Of a stretch of DNA of 64,000 bases, positions 39,901-48,676 are shown piece after piece. Each line of letters begins with the position of its first letter. Within the stretch, counting starts at the first letter, position 1. Location: assembly GCA_020344315.1 (NCBI GenBank), contig CP070820.1:109605-173604 (forward strand), in the 5' to 3' direction. The translations under genes and the position numbers were made by a program. Below the pieces are notes generated by a model. The model was not told the origin of the DNA. It worked only from the letters and a program-made list of their open reading frames with translations, and did not search any database. Source of the stretch: Candidatus Bathyarchaeum sp. Lineage in GTDB: Archaea > Thermoproteota > Bathyarchaeia > Bathyarchaeales > Bathyarchaeaceae.

Positions 39901-40182
39901 ATGTTAGTTCAAGAAGTTGAAATGGGCATCCTCGATTTGAATGATGGGAAGAAAAAGGTCATAAAACTCAGAGAGGATGAAGTTTGTACGCAAGGTTATC
40001 GCATTGACCTGAATGGGAAAATAGTAAGAGGAGTACCCCATAGAAAACAAGAGGACTGCCACAGATTCTGTTACACTGACACCTGCGATTCCTTATAGGG
40101 TCTTAGCTGCACGCTGCAACCAGATGAGCCATTGAGAGGTTACCAGTTTTTTCCGGTTGACCCTTTTTTAGCTAAACATTAA
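39901..40182 (+). pseudogene. Small Cys-containing ORF interrupted by an in-frame TAG at 40096
   Basis: 65 codons, TAG, then 27 further sense codons to TAA. Confidence 0.35.
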
Positions 40183-40218
40183 TGATTTAGAAGAAGCGTA
40201 AGTTGTGGGGCTGAACGT

Positions 40219-41463
40219 TTGGTGGATTCGTTGACTGGACAGGAAGTTGAAGCTGAGGAAGCTGAGCAGCCTAGAATCAAGTTCACTTTTCCCGTGTTAG
40301 CTGTTAGGACACAGATGTTCAATAGAGTTTTTGATTGGCTTGGGTCCCTTCGATCATCACGAGTTATTGCTTGGGTTGCCCTCATTATTGTGCCAATTGT
40401 GGGAGGCATTGGACTTTACCTGATTTTAAAAAATTTGATCGATTTGTTATGGATGCCGCTTGTTAGAGAGGTAGTTCGTGATTTAGGTCCTGGAGTTTAT
40501 CTGTTGGTACCCGGGCTTAATCCTTTTCTTCCCATATTGTATGGTTGGTTAGCGTTAATCTGTGCGATTGTGGTTCATGAAGGAGCCCATGGGATTATTG
40601 CAAGAAGTCGTGGATTGAGGGTTAAGTCTAGTGGACTGTTTTTCTTATTCATTATTCCCTTCGGTGCTTTTGTGGATGTTGATGAGAAGCAGCTTGCAAA
40701 AGCAAAGGCTAAGGATTCCTTGAGGGTATTGGCGGCTGGGGTTGGTGGAAATATTGTGGTAGCCATAGTGTGTATTCTTGGTGTTATGGTCATTGTTAGC
40801 GGGTTGACTCCAGTCATTGATGGAGTATACGTCTATGAGGTTACGGAGGGTATGCCTGCTCTGGAGGCAGGGTTGCTGGCTGAGGACGTTTTCGTTACGG
40901 TGGACAATGTGGAGATTGGTAGTCGTGAGGAGTTGGCGGCGTTTTTGGAGAGTAAGAATCTGGGTGATGTAGTGCAGGTGGTTGTGGCTAGGGGAGAAAA
41001 GTGGGAGGATCGGTTTTCTACATCTGTTAATTTAACCGAAAATGAGGAGGGGCAAACTGTCATGGGGGTGACTGTAGGTGATTTAACGATTGAAGAGCGG
41101 TTAAGATATTATCAGGCGGTGACTCCTGAAACACTTTATTTATACTTGGCTCCGCCTGCTTTTGTTCCTGGTTTCGCGCCTTTTTCAGATTCTTTGGCTC
41201 CTTTCTATACGCATGGGCTGGGGGCGCAATGGCAGGTTTTGGCGAATGCCCTCTTCTGGGTGTGGTTTGTCAATGTGAATGTTGCGGTATTGAATGCTTT
41301 ACCAATTTATCCTCTTGATGGAGGGCGAATGTTCGACATTTCCTTGAAGAGTATTCTGGGTCGAAGAGTAGGCGAAAAAAACGTCTCCAGAATAACTATT
41401 GCGGTGACTGTTGCTTTAGTTTGGGTGTTGTTGATGAGTGCTGTAATTCCCTTCATTCTGTAA
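40219..41463 (+). CDS. Site-2 protease (M50) with PDZ domain
   Basis: HEGAH, LNALPIYPLDGG, PDZ-like PALEAGL..D segment. Confidence 0.95.
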   Translation: MVDSLTGQEVEAEEAEQPRIKFTFPVLAVRTQMFNRVFDWLGSLRSSRVIAWVALIIVPIVGGIGLYLILKNLIDLLWMPLVREVVRDLGPGVYLLVPGLNPFLPILYGWLALICAIVVHEGAHGIIARSRGLRVKSSGLFFLFIIPFGAFVDVDEKQLAKAKAKDSLRVLAAGVGGNIVVAIVCILGVMVIVSGLTPVIDGVYVYEVTEGMPALEAGLLAEDVFVTVDNVEIGSREELAAFLESKNLGDVVQVVVARGEKWEDRFSTSVNLTENEEGQTVMGVTVGDLTIEERLRYYQAVTPETLYLYLAPPAFVPGFAPFSDSLAPFYTHGLGAQWQVLANALFWVWFVNVNVAVLNALPIYPLDGGRMFDISLKSILGRRVGEKNVSRITIAVTVALVWVLLMSAVIPFIL

Positions 41464-41611
41464 TCATGTTGGTCCACGTTGTCCACGCCTTGTTCGCCCC
41501 CAGTTGTCATTATCCCAACCTTCGATCAAGTTCGAGGGGATTATCTCGAAGAGTCGCTTCGAAGAAATATATTCAGTTCATCTCAAGAGTCTTTTGTTGA
41601 GAGGTGTCTTG

Positions 41612-42283
41612 TCAGAAATAATATGTTTTTATTATGTAAAGCAGAGCTAGGTGGAGGGGGTAGTAGAGGTAGAAGAAGTATTTTCTCCAGAGGGGATAAG
41701 CAACTTTTTCATCACCTTCCCTCTGTACCCTAAAATAACCGCTATTGTGAAGAAGAATTAAGGGTATTGCAAAGACCGAAAGAAACTGGTAATTCCAAGG
41801 CACCAAAAACAACATATTAAGCAAAACCAACGCACCAGCACCAAACCTTGTGTTCTCCCTCAAGATTTGCATAAGACCTATAATAGCTATCCCATAGACG
41901 CTGTAATCAAAGGGCAAAACAAAGGAAGCCAACACCGGAACCAGCGCAAGCGGAGAAGTCTTCTTGAAAAAATAGATAAACACAAGACCTAACGAGAGAG
42001 TGAAAAAGATATTAAAGAACCCAAAGGGCTCATACCCCAAAGCTAAGAAAAAAGGCACCTGAGAAATCAAAGCGAAAAGGAAGAGACGCACAAAATAGCT
42101 ACGTACATTCCTTGTGCTCTCCATCCCCAGAACCAGCAGATAAGCGAATAAAGGAAAAGAGAGCCTACCAATATAGCGCAGAACCATAACTTCAGGATAC
42201 AGAATCGCTCCAACATGGTCCACAGTCATAGCTACTATCGCTATCCACTTGAGCAACTCTCTTCCTAAATCAAAACCTTGCAG
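41612..42283 (-). CDS. TraX-family membrane acyltransferase-like protein
   Basis: RELLKWIAIVAMTVDH, IGRLSFPLFAY, FYLYYPLHL; possible CTG start at 42283 after GGAGG/GAGG. Confidence 0.85.
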   Translation of the reverse strand: MQGFDLGRELLKWIAIVAMTVDHVGAILYPEVMVLRYIGRLSFPLFAYLLVLGMESTRNVRSYFVRLFLFALISQVPFFLALGYEPFGFFNIFFTLSLGLVFIYFFKKTSPLALVPVLASFVLPFDYSVYGIAIIGLMQILRENTRFGAGALVLLNMLFLVPWNYQFLSVFAIPLILLHNSGYFRVQREGDEKVAYPLWRKYFFYLYYPLHLALLYIIKTYYF

Positions 42284-42426
42284 ACCTCAGCTCTCCTCCA
42301 CCAAAAACACACAGCAGCCTACTGGACTCCCCATCTCAATTCGGGTCTTTACGAAAACCCACTGCGTATCATCTAATAAAATTTGCTAAAACAACCTCAA
42401 AAAAAGGAAGGAGAGATGATGGCTCG

Positions 42427-42714
42427 TCACTCTTTTATCATAGATATGAACTCGTTGACTGGCATCGCTGGCAAACTCATGATCTCCACAGTTCCGCGGG
42501 ACCCAAGCTCCAGAGATACAAGTGTAATTGCCTTATTATCTGGAGCTTCCACGATGTTAACGAAGTCATAGGGTCCCAAAACCGCGTATTGCGCAACAAC
42601 CTTGGCGCCAAAAGCCTCGATTTCCTTGTTAACCTCTCTGATCCTCTCAGCCTTCTTCTTAATTGTCTTCCGACCCTCAGGCGTAAGGGTTGAAAGAAGA
42701 ATATACATGGGCAT
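42427..42714 (-). CDS. GYD domain protein
   Basis: YILLSTLTPEG, YAVLGPYDFVNIVEAPD. Confidence 0.9.
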   Translation of the reverse strand: MPMYILLSTLTPEGRKTIKKKAERIREVNKEIEAFGAKVVAQYAVLGPYDFVNIVEAPDNKAITLVSLELGSRGTVEIMSLPAMPVNEFISMIKE

Positions 42715-42778
42715 ACAAAAGCCTCAGAACATATTTTCTCGCTTACGCAATTTGTGTCTTTCGCCTGATGCTAGAAAC

Positions 42779-44725
42779 TTACATTCTCTCCGGAGCCTCT
42801 ATTCCCAGAAGTTTCAGGGCGTTTCGAAGAACTATTCGAGTAGCATCCACAAGAGCGAGCCTAGCGTCACTTAGCCCAGGTGACTTGGCTTTTATAACTG
42901 GCAGCTTCGTGTAGAACCTGTTAAACTTGTCAGCCAATATGTTAGCATAGTCCGCTATCGAGTTAGGTCGGAGATTCTCTGCAGCATCCAAGAAGACCAT
43001 AGGAAAACGAGCTAAAGTCAGCACTATATCCCGTTCTATAGGGTCTTCCAGAAGGGAGTAGTCAGCGTTTTCAGGTTCTCTAGACGCTTTCCTCAGGATG
43101 CTTTGGGCTCTAGCATGGGAATACTGAATATAGGGAGCACTATTCTTCTCAAAATCTAGCACTCTGTCCCAAGTGAAGACCACCGGCTTGGTTGGATCCA
43201 CCTCAACAAGAGCATACTTAACAGCTCCTTTTCCCACAAACTCTGAAATCTGCCTCTTCTCCTCATCAGACAGGTGAGGAGAACGTTTCGAAACCTCCTC
43301 ATAAGCCCTCTCAGCGGCTCCATCCATAACCTCGTCCAAGGTTATGTAGCGACCTCTGCGGCTTGACATTCGGTAACCCGGAAGGCTCACAAGATTATAG
43401 GCAAAATGAACCAACTTCTTCGCGTAATCCACATGACCAAGAGCGCTTAAGGCAAGTTTCAACTGCAGCTGCGGAAGGGTCTGTTCCATGCCGATCACGT
43501 TGATGACCTTCTCAGCCCTCTGAAACTTCCACAGATGATAGGCAATATCCCGCGTTGTGTAGAGGGTTGTTCCGTCAGCCCTCACGAGAGTCAGGGAAGA
43601 GAGCTCATGATCATCGCTCAAGCCCAAAGTCTTCTTGAAGTCTAGGTCCTGAGCAACTTTTTCGGCGTCAAATTCCAGAACTCCGCCCAACTGAAACACA
43701 TAGGGCGTGGCTTTCAGTTCGTCCAAGACCCGGTTGACGTCGCCGTTCCAGATTAAGTCGCTCTCCCAATCCCAAGAATCTATGCTGACTCCGGCTCTGC
43801 TTAGGGTCTCTCTGAATCCACTGAGACAGAGTTGACAGACCTCTCTGAGCAACTGCTTCGCATCTTTTCTGCCAGTCTCGTATCCGCGTATTAGTTTGCT
43901 CACTTGTTCTTCTGGGTCGCTTTCCCTGCTGATTTCGTCTAGGAGGCGAGTCAAGATTTCGGGAAATCTCTTTTCTATGTCTGCTGCAACTGAGGTCCAG
44001 TCATCCAGTTCCCTCTGTAGCTTCGAAACCTCTTGTGACGCAAGCTTCTTTGCTGTCTCGACGGCTTTTTTTAGGCGCTGAATCTCCATTATGCAACTTG
44101 TAACCGCATAGATTGCGCCTATGAAACTGTCAGGCTTTCCTTTGGGCTTCGGCTTCCCAAGCTTCATGTATCCGTAGGCTATGACAGCGCTCTGGCGGCC
44201 AACATCATCCACGTAATAGTGTCTTGAGACCGTGTGTCCGTGTTCTGTTAGGATGCGGGCTAGGGCGTCGCCCAATATTGGGTTCCTTGCCTGTCCGATG
44301 TGAATTGGATGGATGGGGTTGACGCTGGTATGTTCAAGCATAATCGTTTTCGGCTCAGAAGTCTTAACGTATCCATATTCCACATCGAGGGCTCTGGCGG
44401 ATTCAAGGGTTAAACGAAAGAACTTTTCGGAGTTCACACGAAAATTGATGTATCCTGCCCCAGCAGCCTCAACTGACTGAATCAACGGAAACCCAGAAAC
44501 ATCTATCTGCTTCACGGTTTCTTCCGCGACATTCCTAGGCTTCTTTTTGGCGTGCTTGGCAATCTCAAAGCATACAGAAGTTGCCAGCTCACCGAACTGG
44601 AGGTTAGGCGGGGATTCAAGCAACATAGAGGGCAAGACGAAATTGGGATATAGCTTGTTGAGGGCATCCTTTAAAACGGCCTCGCATCCAGCATGGAATT
44701 CCTTGAAGGGGTTAACTGCAGCCAT
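42779..44725 (-). CDS. argS: Arginyl-tRNA synthetase
   Basis: EHTSVNPIHPIHIGQARN, RMSSRRG, APYIQYSHAR; true start ATG 44725 (the ORF-track extension reads through the tRNA). Confidence 0.97.
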   Translation of the reverse strand: MAAVNPFKEFHAGCEAVLKDALNKLYPNFVLPSMLLESPPNLQFGELATSVCFEIAKHAKKKPRNVAEETVKQIDVSGFPLIQSVEAAGAGYINFRVNSEKFFRLTLESARALDVEYGYVKTSEPKTIMLEHTSVNPIHPIHIGQARNPILGDALARILTEHGHTVSRHYYVDDVGRQSAVIAYGYMKLGKPKPKGKPDSFIGAIYAVTSCIMEIQRLKKAVETAKKLASQEVSKLQRELDDWTSVAADIEKRFPEILTRLLDEISRESDPEEQVSKLIRGYETGRKDAKQLLREVCQLCLSGFRETLSRAGVSIDSWDWESDLIWNGDVNRVLDELKATPYVFQLGGVLEFDAEKVAQDLDFKKTLGLSDDHELSSLTLVRADGTTLYTTRDIAYHLWKFQRAEKVINVIGMEQTLPQLQLKLALSALGHVDYAKKLVHFAYNLVSLPGYRMSSRRGRYITLDEVMDGAAERAYEEVSKRSPHLSDEEKRQISEFVGKGAVKYALVEVDPTKPVVFTWDRVLDFEKNSAPYIQYSHARAQSILRKASREPENADYSLLEDPIERDIVLTLARFPMVFLDAAENLRPNSIADYANILADKFNRFYTKLPVIKAKSPGLSDARLALVDATRIVLRNALKLLGIEAPERM

Positions 44726-44742
44726 TCTGTTTTCTTCCTTTT

Positions 44743-44847
44743 TGGCGGGCCCGCGGGGATTTGAACCCCGGGTTTCCGGCTCCGGAGGCTTGCGCACCTT
44801 CCCTGCGGGATGGTTCGGCGCCTTAATCCTGTCTGGGCTACGGGCCC
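44743..44847 (-). tRNA. tRNA-Arg(CCG) with a 26-nt non-canonical intron (44790-44815) at position 29/30; CCA encoded
   Basis: GGGCCCG/CGGGCCC acceptor stem, GGTTCAAATCC T-arm; anticodon arm CCG^GC-CTCCGGA-GCCGG restored by removing the intron; BHB with GCGC/GCGC helix. Confidence 0.93.
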
Positions 44848-44930
44848 TACTTTTCACTCTTCCAGAGTCTTTGTATAAATTAAGCTTTGTTGCCTTTACG
44901 TCTCTGTAAGGACGTGGATTTCGAGACTTT

Positions 44931-45164
44931 TTAGGAGCCTATGAGCGTGGTGGTCTGCTCGATCTCTTCAATCTGCCGTATATCCGTGATAATCTTGTCG
45001 AGATGCCCTAAACTTTGGGCTTCGATGCGAGCGATTATGTCCCAGAGTCCATAGGTAACAAGGACTTCTGTAATTTCTTTCATCTTTCGAATCTTCTCTG
45101 CAACCTTGTGTTCAGCTCCTCGTTTTACGTTAGCAAGGATGTAGGCTTTCACAAGTTCTGACAT
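44931..45164 (-). CDS. Stand-alone Lrp/AsnC ligand-binding domain protein
   Basis: KAYILAN, TYGLWDIIARI, TTTLI. Confidence 0.88.
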   Translation of the reverse strand: MSELVKAYILANVKRGAEHKVAEKIRKMKEITEVLVTYGLWDIIARIEAQSLGHLDKIITDIRQIEEIEQTTTLIGS

Positions 45165-45230
45165 GTCCTTTCAACCCCACAGCCTCATGGTTGAAGAATG
45201 TACTTAGAATCTTTGTCGATTAAGAGGGGG

Positions 45231-45731
45231 TTATGTTTCAGCTAGTTCTTCATTTATCCACCAAGCTTTTCTTTTTCCTGTTCTTTCTCCAGAGTAATAG
45301 AATATGATGGATTTTCCAAGTTGCTTCTTGGATGATCTCTCAATTTTTCTGAGGCGGTTGAGAACAAACCAACGGTTGGTCCCCAGAAACTCCGCAAGCT
45401 CGGTGGTTGTGGCTCCTCTATGATCAAGAAGGTAATCCACGATTTTGTTGTCAACGTCGTCGATGCAGAAGGCGTGAGGGTTTACTTTTCCCCCTTCGTG
45501 GGTTAGAATTTCAAGCTTGGCTAGATAATCCTTTATTTTGTTAACCTCGTTTTCTAGCTGAGTGACTTTCTTTTCTAACCCTAGAATCTTGTCTGGTCGC
45601 GGAGTCTTTTCCAGTTTCTCTAGTATGGCTTCGCGGATGAAGATGCTTCTTTCCCCTTCAGGAATACGTAGAGCGAGTTCCTTGTACATCTCGTCAGGTA
45701 TTTTTGCAGAAATTACTGTAAACTTGCCCAT
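45231..45731 (-). CDS. Putative transcriptional regulator (N-terminal RHH/CopG, coiled coil, C-terminal wHTH)
   Basis: VISAKIPDEMY...RSIFIREAI; GATTTELAEFLGTNR. Confidence 0.75.
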   Translation of the reverse strand: MGKFTVISAKIPDEMYKELALRIPEGERSIFIREAILEKLEKTPRPDKILGLEKKVTQLENEVNKIKDYLAKLEILTHEGGKVNPHAFCIDDVDNKIVDYLLDHRGATTTELAEFLGTNRWFVLNRLRKIERSSKKQLGKSIIFYYSGERTGKRKAWWINEELAET

Positions 45732-45846
45732 GGACAATCCTTCCCTATGCAAAGTAACTTTAAGCAGGCTAAAGCTAAAAGCGTTTAACCTTTCTGCTGT
45801 GAACGTGAAGATTCGTTTATCTCAGGTGTGTAGTTGCTAGTTCATG

Positions 45847-45913
45847 GTTCTTCTTGGTTTTTCAGAAAAAAGGCTGTTTTCAACAATGAAGTATTATTAG
45901 TCTCCTAATATGA
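45847..45913 (+). repeat. Dispersed intergenic repeat, copy 4
   Basis: ggtttttcagaaaaaaggctgttttcaacaatgaagtattattagtctcctaatatga. Confidence 0.85.
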
Positions 45914-45929
45914 ATGAATGGTTTGGTGT

Positions 45930-46781
45930 TCATTGTTTTTCTTCTATTCCTTGGATAAGTTCATGAACGTCTCTGCCCACATTTTCGCCTACGTAGCCGC
46001 CTTCTAGCACGCCGAAGACTGGTTTCCCTAAAGCTCCCACAAGTCTTCCAATCTCTCTGTAACCCTCAGAAGTCAAACTCAACGAAGCCAGATCTCCTTG
46101 GTGAGCATCAAAACCCGCTGAGACCCCAACAACTTCAATGTTATTCATTTCTACCTGACCTAACGCTTTCTGCAGGGTCTCTAGATATAACGAGTCACCA
46201 GCGGAATACGATAAGGGGAAATTCAAGCAGTTGCCCTGTGAGCTGAGGCCGGTTCCTGGATAAGTTGGATATCTATGCAAGGAGATGAATGTAACGTCGG
46301 GGTCTCCTTGGAAAATTTCTTGAGTCCCGTTTCCATGATGACCGTCAATGTCCAGAATCAAGGTGGGTAAGTCCATTTTTCTGGCAGCTATGGCGATGTT
46401 GTTGAAGTAGCAGAATCCCAAAGTTGCTACTCCCAAGGCTCTACCGTCTATGCCAGCGTGATGACCCGGAGGTCTCATAAAAGAAAACCCTTTTTCCTTG
46501 GCAGCCAAAAACGCTGCGCCAGCAGAGAGACAAGCATATTCGTAGATGTTTTCAGGCACTGGCGTGTCCCCATCCAGATAGCTTCCAGCCTCTGCATTCT
46601 TTATCAAATCAACGTATTCTCTGGTGTGGACCCTCAGAAGGTCTTCCTGTGAAGCTGGCTTAGGCTCCAGAAATTCATATTGTCCTCTTAGGAGTTCAAG
46701 GGCTTTTCTAACGCGTTCAGGTCTTTCGATGTGACCGGGCCAACTATACTCCAGACATTTTTCTGAAAATATGATCTTCAT
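45930..46781 (-). CDS. Histone deacetylase/AcuC-family deacetylase
   Basis: HIERPER, RPPGHHA, GFCYFNN, DIDGHHGNGTQ, SAGFD, LEGGY; true start ATG 46781. Confidence 0.95.
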   Translation of the reverse strand: MKIIFSEKCLEYSWPGHIERPERVRKALELLRGQYEFLEPKPASQEDLLRVHTREYVDLIKNAEAGSYLDGDTPVPENIYEYACLSAGAAFLAAKEKGFSFMRPPGHHAGIDGRALGVATLGFCYFNNIAIAARKMDLPTLILDIDGHHGNGTQEIFQGDPDVTFISLHRYPTYPGTGLSSQGNCLNFPLSYSAGDSLYLETLQKALGQVEMNNIEVVGVSAGFDAHQGDLASLSLTSEGYREIGRLVGALGKPVFGVLEGGYVGENVGRDVHELIQGIEEKQ

Positions 46782-46917
46782 TTCTCGTTTCCTCCTCGTG
46801 AAGATTAACCTTTGGAAACATATGTAAACATGGGTTTTATTGAAGTTTGTCTCCCATTCCACCTCAAGTCTTTTAAGACTATCACTAGAAAGGCTATTAG
46901 CAAGAGGTAGGGGTAGA

Positions 46918-48045
46918 ATGCCAGAAAAAACTACAATTTCTATTATCAAATGTGATGTAGGGTCACTAGCCGGGCACCATATAGTGCCTAAACCTCTCAT
47001 TGACATTGGAAAAAAACAGTTAAAAGAAGCACAAAAAGGAGGACTAATCAACAGCTACTACGTCTTCAACGCAGGAGACGACCTTGAACTCCTCATGGTA
47101 CACCAGAAAGGAGAAACCAACCCCGAAATTCACAAACTGGCGTGGAACACTTTCCAAGAAGCCGCCAACAAAGCCAAAGCCCTCAAACTATACGGCGCAG
47201 GGCAGGACCTTTTGGGAACAGCCTTCAGCGGAAACGTTCGGGGGATGGGCCCTGGCGTGGCTGAGATGGAAATAGAGGAGCGCGGCTCAGACCCCATAGC
47301 TGTCTTCGCTGCCGACAAAACCGAGCCCGGAGCCTTCAATTTTCCCATGTTCAAAATATTCGGAGACCCCAGTAACACTGCAGGCCTTGTGATTGACCCG
47401 AGTATGATAGGCGGCTTCAAGTTTGAGGTTCTTGATGTAATGGAAAACAAGAAGGTAATCATGAAGTGCCCAGAAGAGATGTATGAGTTGATCGCCCTGA
47501 TAGGGACGCCTGAGCGCTATGTGGTCTCTCATGTGTGGCGAGCAAGGGATAATCTGATTTGTGGTTCCACAAGCACAACCAGACTCTCGTTGATTGCTGG
47601 CAAATACGTTGGAAAGGACGATCCAGTCTCGATTGTACGGTCTCAGCATGGTTTGCCAGCGCTTGGGGAGGTTCTTGCTCCATATATGCACACCTTTTTC
47701 GTGGAAGGGTGGATGCGCGGGAGCCACTGGGGTCCACTCATGCCCGTGAGCTTAAAGGACAGCCGATGCACCGTCTTTGATGGTCCTCCCAGAATTGTGG
47801 CACTTGGCTTTCAGGTCGGCAATGGGATGATTGCCAGCGACGACAATGGCGAGCCATTGATAAGCGATCTGTTTGAGGACCCAGCCTTTGGTCTGGCTCG
47901 GCGAGAGGCTATTGAGTGTGCTGCGCTTATTCGTGGTATGGGAGAATTTGAGCCTGCCCGGTTAAGTTCTCATGCTATGGAATATACTACCTTACCTAAG
48001 GTCTTGGAAAAGTTGAAGAAGAGGTTCGTGAAGGCGGACTCCTAA
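46918..48045 (+). CDS. fbp: Bifunctional fructose-1,6-bisphosphate aldolase/phosphatase (class V)
   Basis: KCDVGS..GHH, GDDLEL, LYGAGQDLL, GKYVGKDDP, GWMRGSH, MEYTTLP; start ATG 46918. Confidence 0.97.
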   Translation: MPEKTTISIIKCDVGSLAGHHIVPKPLIDIGKKQLKEAQKGGLINSYYVFNAGDDLELLMVHQKGETNPEIHKLAWNTFQEAANKAKALKLYGAGQDLLGTAFSGNVRGMGPGVAEMEIEERGSDPIAVFAADKTEPGAFNFPMFKIFGDPSNTAGLVIDPSMIGGFKFEVLDVMENKKVIMKCPEEMYELIALIGTPERYVVSHVWRARDNLICGSTSTTRLSLIAGKYVGKDDPVSIVRSQHGLPALGEVLAPYMHTFFVEGWMRGSHWGPLMPVSLKDSRCTVFDGPPRIVALGFQVGNGMIASDDNGEPLISDLFEDPAFGLARREAIECAALIRGMGEFEPARLSSHAMEYTTLPKVLEKLKKRFVKADS

Positions 48046-48130
48046 CTTTTCCTTTTTTCTCCGTTTTATAGAACCGCCTATATACATTCTAGATTACGTG
48101 CTGGAAAGCAGCTGCAGTTATTTACAGTCT

Positions 48131-48676
48131 TTAGAAGGCAAGCTTCGCCAATTCTTCGCATCTAGACTTAACTGTTTCATAGACCTGTTTTCGGAGGTTT
48201 TCTCCAGACAACTGTGCCATTCGCAGCAGTTCCATCTTTTTGGATAATTCTCGGTCTCCTAAGGAGCGAATCCAGAGTTCGAAGTCTTTTCGCGGGACAT
48301 GAAATTCGATGGACTTCAAATCGACCTCTTGGATTTTGTCAACGAAGTCTTTGAGGCTGTCTGCGTGAAGGCCCGAGTACTGGTTGAGATCGTAGTAGAA
48401 ATGGAAGGCTCTTTCTATGGAGACGGGGCTCAGAATGTTTGATGCCAGTTTCTTGTCTACTTTCGGCAGCCCTAGCGCTTTTTTGCCTAGATTTGTTATG
48501 GCATAGTAGTGTTTCTGGGGCACAGAAACATATTTTGCTTTTATGAGACCTAGCAAGTATCCCATTGTCGAGGAAGAATTCAATTCTGTTTTTTCGGCTA
48601 TCGCTTGGAGGGTTATCGGCTTTCCTGCAGCCCACATTGCTCCTAAAATTTTTCCCCTGATTTTGCTCGCACTCAT
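48131..48676 (-). CDS. wHTH-DUF5752-like fusion, putative regulator
   Basis: N-terminal wHTH (PITLQAIAEKTEL..YYAITNLG); C-terminal AFHFY..SLKDF..SIEFH..DFELWI. Confidence 0.75.
   Translation of the reverse strand: MSASKIRGKILGAMWAAGKPITLQAIAEKTELNSSSTMGYLLGLIKAKYVSVPQKHYYAITNLGKKALGLPKVDKKLASNILSPVSIERAFHFYYDLNQYSGLHADSLKDFVDKIQEVDLKSIEFHVPRKDFELWIRSLGDRELSKKMELLRMAQLSGENLRKQVYETVKSRCEELAKLAF

Noticed and set aside
41612..42283. Conjugative element implied by TraX
   Set aside because: A lone TraX-family gene among housekeeping genes, with no relaxase, VirB4 or integrase
44726..44857. N-terminal 44-aa extension of ArgS in the ORF track
   Set aside because: It is a translation of the tRNA-Arg gene; an SD-preceded ATG at 44725 gives a normal N-terminus
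46782..47051. Apparent overlap of the HDAC and FBPA/P ORFs
   Set aside because: Both are over-extended; homology-like sequence starts at 46781 (-) and 46918 (+)
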